From: Podarcis cretensis
Lineage: Eukaryota
Reading direction: 5' to 3'
Assembly (NCBI GenBank): GCA_951804945.1
Contig: OX638149.1
Coordinates: 100,254,001-100,318,000, forward strand
Length of the DNA stretch: 64,000 bases
The position numbers and the translations under genes were made by a program. The notes under the pieces are model-generated. The model saw nothing but the letters and a program-made list of their open reading frames with translations. It ran no database searches and was not told where the DNA came from. Shown one piece after another: positions 13,101 through 25,500 of this stretch. Position 1 is the stretch's first letter, and the number at the start of each line of letters is the position of its first letter.

Positions 13101-16100
13101 TTTGCTTAGGTCTGCCTAGTGATTTCATGGCAGAAGTGAAGTTTGAACCAGAGAATTTCTCTTAGCCACTACTCTGCAACAGCTCTCTTTGGGTTGCATC
13201 AGGCTAAGTCACACTCAGAGGGAAAATCCCATTGAAATCATGGTTAACTTAAGCCTGTTGATGTCAGTGGTTTCTTTGTTTGTTTGTTTTTGAAAGGATG
13301 ACTCTCTGTTAATACACAGGGCTGCAACTCTGTGTATTCTGCTCTTACTCTGCTCTTATTCAGGAGTAAGCATGCAAACAGTGCATTTTGAGACATTCAT
13401 GGAAATATGTCAGATGATAGTGCATTTGGGATAAGAGCATGTATTATTTACCAAAATAGTTGTCAACAAAACAATGAGAAAGTGGCAAACAAGGAGATAA
13501 AGCAAGTATAACACAAGGCATGAAAATACAAAAGCATGGCACTTGCAAGCTGATATTAAATGCTGGGTGATTAAATGAGGAGGTGCAGTTTTTCTGTTGC
13601 TAGTAAACCAGAGGAACAGCCAGGTGTAAACACCATGCCTGCATTGTAGGTGAGGTGCTGTTTAGTAACAGGGAAATGATTTTTGTGTGGTTGTGCAGTC
13701 TCTCCCCTCTTCATGTGTTTACCTAAGCCATTTGCAGAAAGACCGAATAGGACTTAGGACATCTGCTTTTCATGCTTCATCTGCCACATCTGAAGAAGGA
13801 AGTCATCTTCCAGAGAATAAAAGGCATAACCTGTTGCCATTACATGGGTGCTCTTGGTGACATGTATGTCTTTTTTCTTTTCTTTTCTGTAACATCTGAG
13901 ACAGATCTTACTTGTCTAACCTCTTTATAGTTTCTTAACCTCTTTATAGTTTTAATGAGCTCTCCAGTAACTTCTCCAAGTGCAGAAAAGCTTTGATGGC
14001 TACTATAAAACTCAAGGTGGATTCTCTGAGTGGCTGCAGTCCATATTGCATCAAGTGTAGAAAGCAGCAAGTGCAGAAGCTGGTCAGTCCTGCATCTTCA
14101 AGCCTTAGTCTCACCTGGGGGTGCTGATATAATATGAGGGAAAACAAACTACCTGCAGCCTGTGAGTAGGATTCTCTCTTGAATCTAACACACTAATTAC
14201 AATCATTGCTCCTGGAGAACTCCTAACAATCAGGGGCTATTCAGATGTTATCCTTGCCAGATGGGAGCTGCTTTCACCCCCAAGCACTACATCTATACAG
14301 CTGGGATAATATTTAAAAGAAACTGAAAAAGAAAAAAAGAGGCAGGCAAAAGTAGCATAGAAATAGTGTATTTTATTTACAAAAACGCTGCAACTTTCTG
14401 TTATTATGCTGGATGTGTTTCAAGTACAAGTCTTCATCAAGGACAGTAGTTATTTACTGTCGCCTGTGAAGGAGTTTCTTTGCCCTTTGGGAGAACCATC
14501 TATGAATAAGCTACACAATTTTTTGGGCACTTGTGAGGTTCACTTCTTTGAGAGTTTTCATTTGTTTTGAGGTGGCGCTGCCTATTTTCCCTGACATTTT
14601 TTTAAATGACTGAGCCATGTAGTCAGGAGCCAGTCTTTGTAGGTTCTGGCTACAGAATCCATGCCATTAACCCCCAGGCAGTATAGGTCACTTGTATGTC
14701 TAGACTGCCATTGTTAGACATTTGTGCTTTGGATCAGTTCTTGTTCATCACTTCTAACTGGACAAATGGCATTTTAAAAGCCAGGTCTAGCACACAGCAA
14801 ACTCGCATGGCAAAGAACCGGGTCTTCAGTCATCTTTTTTCTGAAATAATCTGTGCCTGAGCTCAAGCACACAAAGACACATTTTAACTTATTTTTTTAT
14901 TAAAATGTGTGCTAGTATAGTATGTTCCTTATTCCTTGGCAATATGGTAGTATCCAAAAATATGTGCTATCTAAGTTGGGCTGCATAATCTACCCATCTA
15001 AACACTCTCAATATTTTGTGAACAACTCCTTAGACTGTTTTACTTCTATTTTGCCACTATTCTAACTGCCCTACACTGTATACTAAGGACTATTATAAGT
15101 GAATTTTATTTCCCCTTTATTCAGTGATGGGGAAACTGGACTTCCAAACGTACAGTTCCAAATTCAATCAGCCCCAACCAGCATGGATAATGGTCAAGGA
15201 TGATGGAAGTTGGTAGTCCAGCAATATCCGGTTCTCCATTCTTTTCTTAATAAGTATTATTCTTGTCTTGTTATTTGTGTTCTTGCCTGTGGTTTTGGTT
15301 TTCTTTAAATCCACTTCTTGTGGAAAAAAAAGAACGTGCATTTTCCATGCAGGATGGTACTATAGCATCAGCAATGATTACAAACACAACAGTTGCTCCT
15401 AGCAATTGTGAAGGAATGCCTTACAGTTTCATAGTTTCTTCTTGAAGGGAGGAGGAGGTCTTTCTCAGCCTCACAATAAGCAGCAAATTGGCTTGGTGCC
15501 TTGTTTTTCTCAGCCTGATGATATTTATGCTCACAGGCGCAAAAAAATCCTGGCTTCTAAAAATTGGTTTTGACTGACTCAACACCCATGCATGTTTTCT
15601 TTCCAATCAAGATATTTGATGAACAAAAAGTTTCTATAGCAACAGGTTAAAGAAGAGAAAAGGATCTGCTTCTAGGATTTTATTCGGCGTATGATGAAAA
15701 TACAAAAAAAAGTAGCTCTGCTACTCTGATTTAGTTGGTGTGGCCTTCTGTAGATTGTTGCTCATAAGTTCTGATTGCTTGGAGATGACAAAAATTAAAT
15801 TGGAGAAGAAAGTGAGTTCTTACGGTTGAGACTACCAGTTCCCATCAAATCACTGACAAACATTTCAGAGCAGTTTTTAATGGTACAGAATTAAGGATTT
15901 GGGACAGCTACAGCAATCCCTTTCTTTTTTCCCTTTTTTAAAGCATCTGTCGCTTAAAAAATATATTTTTATTAGAAGTCTGCAAAATTCTTAAAATAAG
16001 AGTTTTTAAAAAACTATTTAAAAGAGGGAAATACAATGGAAGAGCAAAGTTACAGATAGACAAAATAGACATATGGATGAAAAATGTTAAGGGCATGCAG

Positions 16101-18329
16101 TTATGCAACAGGCAGGTCCATCCAAAGAAGGTTTCAGGACAACAGGGTTGACTTCTACAAAGGATCAGTGCTGCCTTGCCTCAAGGCAAAGTGATGTACT
16201 TCAGAGGGGGGGTGCAGCTACGGGATATAGTTAATGGTAGGATTTGGTTCCTGAGTGATGCCATGAGACTTTTAAAAGTGTTGCCCTTGCTGGAAGGCAC
16301 CATTAGGTTCTGCTTCAGATAGCAAAATATCTCGAGCTAGCATTATCATAAGCAATCAATGGATAGCATTTTGCTTGAAAGGGGTTTGGTTTTTAGTCAT
16401 GCTTGGAAACAATTCTCCAGGCAATATACATTGCATGGAAGAAGAGGGAAGGCTGAGACCACTGGCCCTGACTCCGCAGTTATGTCCCCCCTCTGGCCTT
16501 ACCATACACACCCACACCACCCACCATCCACACATTGTCATCATGGTGTTTCCTCCTAATCATATTTTCATTCAAGATGGCAAGGTCTCACATAGCAATC
16601 AGTGAAATCTAGCACAAAGTTTCAAGCACCTTGCACTTAAGTGGTGCAGTGTTGAACTTTTGATCCATCCATACTGTGTACTTAACAGTTTCTGTGGTCA
16701 GTGGTTCTGCAGGGTCCAGATTAGCAAATAATAGGACCTTTGGATTTAGGAAACACTGGATTTTTAACATTTCCAAATTCTGTTAGGAACAGAATGCCTC
16801 CTGCATAATCTTGTGATTTGTGAAGAAATGTCAACTCTGATAAATCTGAAACCAATTGATTTTTGTTTTTGTACCATGAAAATTGGATAAGATTTGCTCT
16901 CCTGGTAATGATTGATCTCTTTTGCATCTGTTTCTTCAGAACACAATGTAGCAATTTATTTAATTTTTTTATTACTAATCTTTAATCTAGTGCTGTGTTT
17001 GTTGAATGCAGCAGACAGCATGTCCAAACAGACTGTGCTCAACTGGACAATAATTGGAATAATTTTTTTAAGACACAAATTTATTTATGTGCTCATTGGT
17101 TTCTTTGAGCCCATTATATTGCTGAGTTATTGGATGACATGGTGATTTGATTGCAAATGGCTAAATGACGTTCTGTCAATCGAGTCAGACTTGGAAAACA
17201 CTGTTGTCATAAAATCAAGGACTGATGTCTCTTCTTCATTTGTTGCAGTTGCTTAGATCATTTGACATGGTAACCTGAAGATCATGATAAGTTATAAGAA
17301 CATCATTTTTTAATGGCCCTAGGAATGCTCCCTTCCATCTTAGACAAGGACTTGCAGAGGAGAAATAAGTTGTGGGGTTCATATGGTGACAGGGAGGGGG
17401 GTCCAAATTTCACATGCAAGAGGTGTGGTTATGGAGTTACAGTAGAGATCTGTCCATTTCCTCAAATAGCTAAGGCCCATGAACTTCCATAACTGAGCAT
17501 CCTTAACCCAAGGCCTCATATATTCAGATGTGTAACAGCATTGTTTTAACAAACAAGTTATTGTAAAAAAATAAAAAAATAAAGCAAGCAAATCAATCTA
17601 CCCTAGATTAGTTCACAGTTCTCAACAGCCCTATGTAGGCTCCTTCAGATTATAACTTGGGCAATCTGAAGAAATGCCCTGTTTCCAAGGTATCTTCTTC
17701 CATCTCCAGGTCACTTTTTAGAGTATCAAAGGGTTCAGTTATGACAACACCCTCTTAAACTGGGGGAAGTTGTTTATAATGCTCTGAGGTAATATCCCCA
17801 TTTGTAGCATAAGGGCACCCAAATGCAACTTTGGCATTAATTTTAAAAAAATGTTTGTGTGCGCACATGCACGCGCGCACACACACACAAACATTGATGC
17901 CCCTGTCTGCAGTTCAGATGTACCACAAAGATTATTGACATGGCTACTAAAGAGGCATAAGAAGAAGATATGTCTAAAATGTGATAGTCTAAGGGCTGCC
18001 AGAAGAGCTCAGATTTACCTCTGTCTTTACAAACTTCAGTGGCAAGTATGGCTTTGTGATACTTACTCTGCATCAGATTCTGAATCATCAAGGCTGCTCC
18101 AAGACATTTTGCTACCTTAGGCAAAGGACAAGATGGCACCTCCTGTCATTCCATGTACAGAAGGTGGTCAGACTGCCAGTTGAGTCTTACTTCAATGTGG
18201 GCTGCCTCCACTGCACCTGATGGCCTCGGGCTGGCTTATGGAGCCCAGGTTATGTACTACTCGGCCCATATAGCTCTGCCCTCCAACATCTCTCTGCCAC
18301 TCCCTCCTTCCAGCATCAACTGTCCAAGG

Positions 18330-18772
18330 CAGAGGTTTTCAATCCCTGCTGTGGCACCCTGGGGTGCCTTGAGGGGTGCCACAGGCAACACTGGCCTCTG
18401 TCCCTCTTTCCTTCCCTCCCTCCTCAGATGCCTTCTCATGTCTCTGCCTACCAAAGGTTTGCATAGCTGTTTGTTGCAGCAGCCCTGGCTACAAGTTCCT
18501 CAGTCAAATGGTGCCTCTGGGGCTGGCCTAAGGGTGCTTCCCAGTCCCCTGTGGGGCAGTGTGAGGAGGCAGCTCCCAAGGAGACTCCCCAGGAGAGGGA
18601 AGAGGAGGCTGAGGGAACCCTCCACAAGGGACGGTATTCAGAAAGGGGTGAGGGGCTGCCAGCTCTGCAGGCAACAGGTGACATAACTGGGCTCCTGAGC
18701 CCCACAGGGGTGCTGCAGAAAGAAGGGAGTTGATCAAGGGAGTCGTGGACTCAGAAAGGTTGAAAACCTCTG
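18330..18772. mobile_element. GC-rich non-autonomous hAT element
   Basis: TIR CAGAGGTTTTCAA / TTGAAAACCTCTG and a degenerate 8-bp TSD GTCCAAGG/GCCTAAGG (6 of 8). Confidence 0.78.
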
Positions 18773-19298
18773 GCCTAAGGCATCTGGTAGAACCACCTCT
18801 GCAAGTCAGCTATAATGCAGTCAGTGTGTTTATCCGTGATCCTTTCACTTTATCTATTTACTACTCCTTTGTTGCACAGTGAAAGTTAAAGCCCTCTTAT
18901 CCTGTCAGTTTTATGTAAAGCAGGAAACCCCCCTTTTTTTGGTACAGTAAGCAGCACTTCATTAGTTGCTCATCACTTTTTTTAGCTGCTCGTCACTATT
19001 TTATGTCTGATTGAAAGTTATTCAAATGTACCCAAAGCTTTTTCCTGTGCTGCAGAGTACAGAGAAGCTCCCTGGGAATGTGCAAATGTAGTGGAAGTTT
19101 TCCAAGCGATGAAAGAATTGCTAATGTTTTATGTTAACAACAATTTTTTGAAGAGTTTCATCCATTCTATAATTCCAAGCTGCTTTGTTGCAACATTATT
19201 TGAAGTCTTCAAATAGAGAATGTCCTTTATTACCAGAACGGTAGAAATAACCTAGTAGTAAGAGCCAGTTCTGGCCACAACTTTGTTTAATGCTTATA

Positions 19299-19540
19299 CA
19301 GTGGTACCTTGGTTCTCAAACAGCTTAGTTGTCGAACAAATTAGCTCCTGAATGCTGCAAACTCGGAAGTAAGTGTTCTGGTTTGCGAATGTTTCTCGGA
19401 AGCCGAACATCCAATACAGCTTCTGCTTGAGTGCAGGAAGCTCCTGCAGACAACCGGAAGCCACGACTTGGTTTTTGAATGGTTCCAGGAGTCGAATGGA
19501 CTTCCGGAATGGATTAAGTTCAAGAACCAAGGTACCACTG
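19299..19540. mobile_element. Non-autonomous Tc1/mariner-superfamily (pogo/Tigger-like) MITE, subtype A
   Basis: TIR CAGTGGTACCTTGGTTCT / AGAACCAAGGTACCACTG flanked by TA on both sides; 242 bp. Confidence 0.9.
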
Positions 19541-22500
19541 TAATATAAAAAAATATTAATAGGCCATTCGTACCATAAGTTCAAACAAACACACTTGAAT
19601 ATCTTATAATCAGATTTCTTCCAAGCAGTCATGCGCCTGCCTATAAACTATTGACCGGTTCAGATAAGTCACTCTCCAGCTCAATTTCTGCAAGCAGTGG
19701 ATAGCACAGTCCATACCACATTAAGAACATAAGAGTCCTGCAACAGACTAAACACCCATCTAGCGCAACATCACGTTCTTATAGTGGCCAACTAGATAGC
19801 TGCTGGAAGCCCAAAAGTGTAGGACCCGAGTACAAGCGATTCTTGTCCTATATCCGCACCCACCAGCTCATCCTGGTCCCTAGGAGAGAAAAGCTTCCGA
19901 TGGGGTTCAGGATAGGGAAGCAAGAGATGGCAGCACAGCAGCTCTTCCTTGGATGCAAGAGGACCTCCCTGCTTTCCCCATATTCTTCTTTCAAAACAGG
20001 AGAAGACACATGAAGCATATTGACCCATGTAGCATCTCCACCCATCTGGGATCATGGGGACTGAACTACAACTCCCATCATCCCCAGCTGCTGAGATTTT
20101 CACTGGGGACAGTGGGAGTTCATGCCAGCAGAAATTCCCTCTTCTCCACAACTATCAAATACCGCAGGAGCCCTGGCCTCTTTTGATCTGGCCACCCTAG
20201 CTCGAAGTATCTTCCTATATTTCAAAGAAGCATGTAGGGAACAGAGAGAGATCCAGACAAGCCTTTCCTATTGAAGGACAAGCTGTTGACCCACTTCCCT
20301 ATTCTGAATCCCAAAAAAGTTTCATTCTTTGAGGACCAGGATCGGCTGGCTAGTGAGGGCAAGGCCAACAGTTGGATGAATTGTTAGATTTCAAGTGGCC
20401 TAATCATACAATAAAACACCCCTTAGTTCAGTTGGGCCACTTTAAGGACCCAACTTATTTTAAACAGATATTTTTCAGTGTGGTCTTGGTTGCAGAGAGA
20501 GTGCCCAGTGGAACCCCTGTATTTCCCTTTTCTCTTGTTTCAGTGCAGATGTTTCAGGGCTACAGGAGCAGGCAATCTTAGATACCACTGAGCATGCTCA
20601 GCAGCTTCAGTGCAGGATCAGTCAAAGCTCTATATCCATCTGATATATATCCATCTGAGGGGAAATATTGACAAACTATGCCTAGCAGTATATGAAAAGT
20701 GTTGCGAATGAACTTCTGTTACTACTTAAAGAGTCTTTCTTCTGAGAGCGTGATTTTAAATGGCCAGTTAAAAAGTCAATTCTCTGTGCTATTTTTATCA
20801 GCGTAAATGAATTAAAAAAAAAATTGAAATCCTGTACAACCCCTCTTATTGCTGTCTATATTGAAACAGATTGTTTCATTTGTCATGAATCATATTCACT
20901 TTTTCAGTCTTGGAGCACCAGGTAAAAAAATATGCCTGTTTATGGAATTTGCATGGGTACAGCTGCAGGCTAAAATGCTTTGATGTAAATCTGATGAGGC
21001 TTGACTCCATCCTCTACAGCTGAACAAAAAAATACATTGCGATAGTAAGAACAAATTGGCTTTAATGTGTTTCTGGTTGCTTGTTGCCATTAAACAATGA
21101 AAGAGGAAATGATAAATCAATATCTGGTTCTTCACGTAGTGGAGAATGCACATAATATCAATTATCATTCTTAGCAAAGTTAATTCTCAAGATATACTTT
21201 CCAGCCTTATCTGGGTTACTTACCTGGGTGACCAGAATGTTTCATCTGTATTTTAGACACAGACAAATTGAAATACCTGACAGTGGCATGATACAGATAA
21301 TCCTGGGGCAGTGATGTAGGCACTATGAATGCCATACTTTCTTCATCTGTCTAAAGTCCACCCTCCCTAATATTTATGTGAGGGGTGAAGAGCCCTCAGC
21401 CTGTGGGTCAGACACGGCCCATCGTTGGGTTTCATTCACCCCAGAGGTCCTTTCCCACCCACTAGCAGTTCAGCAGGAAGCAGCTGAGAAGAGAAAGGGC
21501 TTTGACGTTGTGCAAAGTGCAAGATCTTCTGAAAAGCAGATCAACATAAAAGGAAAATGCCTCAGCAGGGCGGTAGGTTCGTAGTGCTTGTAAATGTGCA
21601 GAAAGTGTGCCTGCATTTTACAGTTGCTTGTGTGCGGTTCTTTGAAGTTTGAGGGTTTGACTCGTTTCAAGGCAGGGCATCCAGTTTAGCTGTCCACTGG
21701 TGCTGTTAGCAATCTTCTGCTGGGATTATAGAAGGGTGGGGTTTTGTTTTGTTTGCATGCTTGGAGAGTGACCCCTCCCATTTCCCCCTACAAACTTTGT
21801 AGGAAAAAGTTTGTGGAGAAAATAAAAGGTGAAAATTAACTATATGCTTCAGTTTCCATGGGAAAAAACTGTTTATAAGTGGGGGGGGGGGGGATGAATG
21901 TGTGCATAAAGGATGTGTCATTGGGTGTGGGTTTCACTTACCCACTTTTGGAATATGCCCAGCCCAGCAGCTCTCCACCAGGTTATGCAGCCCTTTCCCC
22001 CAAAATGGTATCCAACTCCGATTCATATACAGAACTTCGGCAAAGCTTCCAAGACTGTTTACAACCCCCACTTTTTATTTTTGCTGCTGCTGCTGTTGTT
22101 GTTTCGCTTCCTTTTTCTTAAATATACATTTGCAGTAGATGAATAATTTAAAAACAAGATAAAAATACACAAGATAACAGTGTGTTGTTTTAAAAACACA
22201 ACAACAACATTTTTAAAGTGTTTAAACTGGGAGAACACAAACGTATTTGGCTGATCACAATGTTGGCACCCAGTGAGGCTCCCTGCATATAGAATTCCAA
22301 AAAAAATTGAGTATCACCACTGAAGAGATTTTCTCTCTACCTGCCACTGATCTCAAATATCACTTGTTTTATCTCAGATGTCAGGTGTACCTAGAGGTTG
22401 GGGGGGGGGGGGAGAATGCTTGCCCAAGACTCCAGAGAGTTGCTGCCAATCGGAGCAGATAAAACTGGATTAGGAAGGTAGTCTGGCCTCGTCTAAGGCT

Positions 22501-25500
22501 GCTTCCTATGTTGCTGGCTGCACTCAAGCTTCAAAACCCCATTCACTATTGAACAGCTGAAAAGGGAGGGTGTAATTTGGAGGAGACAAGGGCTAAATGC
22601 TACCAACACTCTGTTAACCTTAACCTTACACGCAGCTTAATGTGTAAAATGCTACAATCATAGGCATTGCAAGACGTGGAGATGTTTTTCTGCCCTCCCC
22701 CCTTCTTTCGGGAAATTTTGTTTAATATGTTCTGTGCAGAGCGGCTTTAGATAGGAAGCACAACCAGCTTCTACTTAGCACAGTTGGTAGAATGAAGCTC
22801 CCTTTGTGCTTAATTCTCATTCAGGTGCCATTGAGTTCTCTTAACAATGGAACTGTCCAAGAGAACCCATTATTTGTCAGATTGCAGCAACCTCAGAATA
22901 CAGCTTGAATATGTGCTGCTGTGGCTACTAGACAGCTATTAAAGCTTTTGGAATTATTCTTTATTCTGCTAGCTTGAAAGTAATATAGGTTGATATACCA
23001 ATCTATTAGTATAAAGAAGCAGTATTTCCTCCTAACAATTACAGGGCTGTGGTGGGGGAGAGGAGGATGCTCTTAATAATACCTGCGTAGAAAGTGCTGT
23101 ACTGGTGAAATTACCAAGGCAGCATTGTTACTTGACCTATTGTTTGAGGCGTCATCATGTGTTAAGTCACCGGCATATGTGGCCTAATCAGCTTTGCTGT
23201 CTCTTGGATAGGCATTCATTGCCCTTCAAATTTTTTGTGTACTTATATTCTACCATTCTGGCTACATGACCACGCAGAGTTGTTATTTTGTCATCCCAAA
23301 ACACTGGATCCCAACCTATGGATGTCACTGGGACTTTGCTGTACTCTTCTTGGGGGGGGGGGAGCACCCCAAATCTAATTGTGGGTTTAAAAAGGAGCTA
23401 ATTTCTTCAAGCTACATTGACACAATCTTGTGAGAATACCCTTCCATGGTTTATCTAACCCACAATGTTTTTATTTGATTACTACTAAACTATTTTCTTT
23501 GAAACTTGTCAAACTCCTCTATTTGTAAGCACTCTTGCTTTAACATCCCCCAAGCTGACTATCAACAGCATTTAGTACTTCTCTGGAGTTAGAGCCTTTG
23601 ACCTAAAGGAGCTGCAGTAATGGACCAGCTAATCATAGTAATTACACAACAAAGAACCATGCACATTTGTCCCATCCCCACTTGAGATTAGGAAGGAAGG
23701 AAAGTGCTTCTACTTGACTGCTGGTGCTTAACAGCAGCTGGCCAATGGGTAAGATACCAGGGTATGTGCTGAAACTGTGCATTAAGCATCCAGAGAATGG
23801 ATATTTAGCATGTCACTGACAAACATTTGTTGATTCTTTTCAGCAAAGGCCCCAGATTGAAGAAGTCATTTTAGGACAGGAACATATTAATTAAGTGTGA
23901 GTGTTCATTGAGGGGACTCCAGTAGCAATTGGCTCCAAGAGAGCAGCTTTTCTCTTTCAGGGACACCTATGCATGGAACTCTTGTTTCCTATTAAGTAAT
24001 TGAAAAGTAAAGTAGGATTTAAGAAAAGTCCACCAACAGCCCAAAAATATGGCAGCCCATAGTACTGCTGCACACCTGTACTTGGAAAACACAGTGCTAC
24101 CAATCCTGTTGGCTTAACCAACAAACAATGAATCAATGAATCAGGAAAGAGATGTACAGAATGAACCCATCTGCTTCCCAAAGAAAGCCCCATGAAGATG
24201 TGCCTTAGATGCTAAAATAGGATGGTACTGTGCTCTGCCTTTTCCTCTCTTCTGTTCTTGTGTTCTTTCCTGTAGTAGCACTTCCTTAGATTTCAACATG
24301 GCTCTCAAATTGAAAGCTCTCACTGAGCATTTACCTCAGTAGCTTTATTGCACTTGTTCTGCCTTAAAATCCTCTTTCTATCGCTGATATTTTGTTCACA
24401 TTGCTTTTCCTTCACACCATTTCTCTTCTTCGCTTATCCAGCCACTCTTGAGTTGACCAGCTTCACATGTTTTTCATCCTGCTCTCCATCTGCCTTTCCC
24501 TACTATCCTCTTCCATCGTTTCTTAGAGATCTATTATCTCCTGAGTCTTTGGGGTCCTTCATAGCTCCTTACTTCCTCTGCTTCCACTTCTATTCTGTCA
24601 AGGAAGTTCCTAATGTGCAGAAATATTACAAAGAGGTTTATGTGCTTTAGAGCACATCACAAAGTGCTTCTCGGGATGCTCTTCAGAAAGCTGGTGTGAT
24701 GTTCAGAAACACCCAGGGTCTTGTAGAAACAAAGCACTGGGAAACTGCTTTGGACAACTGGAATAGGGATTTAATGCTTTGCATGTGCTTAATAAGTGAA
24801 AAATAAAACATTGTTTATGTTTGTACACTGTTCCAACATTTTCTTCAAGTGGTAGAAGTTTGAGAAGACTTACAAATGTAGTTCAAGATGATCTTTCAAG
24901 AATACTTGAAATGTTAAATCCTTGTAATTGTACTACTTTGGAGAATGGGTGTCTGTGCACCTGTGTTGTTTAACAAGCATTTTAAAGTAATTTCCCCCTC
25001 ACCTTTATAATGATTGCTTAGCAATTTATAGAGATTCAGTACCATGTGATGGAGGTTGCCAACATATAATGTATCTGGCTGTGTGAGTATGTATGTATGT
25101 ATGTATGTATGTCACCCAAGCACACAAATATGCATTTATGCCAGTGCAGATACCCAGATTAAATTTATGTTTCTGCAAGGATCAGTGTCTGAAGTAATTG
25201 ATAACCCTCAATTTCAGGGTATTCTGCATCGTCCGGCCCATAAAGCATCTTTGATTTTCAGTACCTATCTATTATGCTGTAATAATAAAGGTTAATAATG
25301 CAATTCATTCATTTACTTAGTCATTTCATTCACAATAGTTTACACTGGATGTGTATCTAGAATTTTTTTTTTTAAAAAAAAGAACAAAGATAGGGCATTT
25401 CAGGAATCAAATACAAACCTTGTGTTATAGACACTATAGTTTTAAACGGGGTTTGTGCTCTTTCAGTATTCTCCTGCAACAACAAAACTAATGAATATAT

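Noticed and set aside
18153-18686. 177-aa ORF
   Set aside because: It crosses the boundary of a GC-rich hAT element and has no domain motifs.
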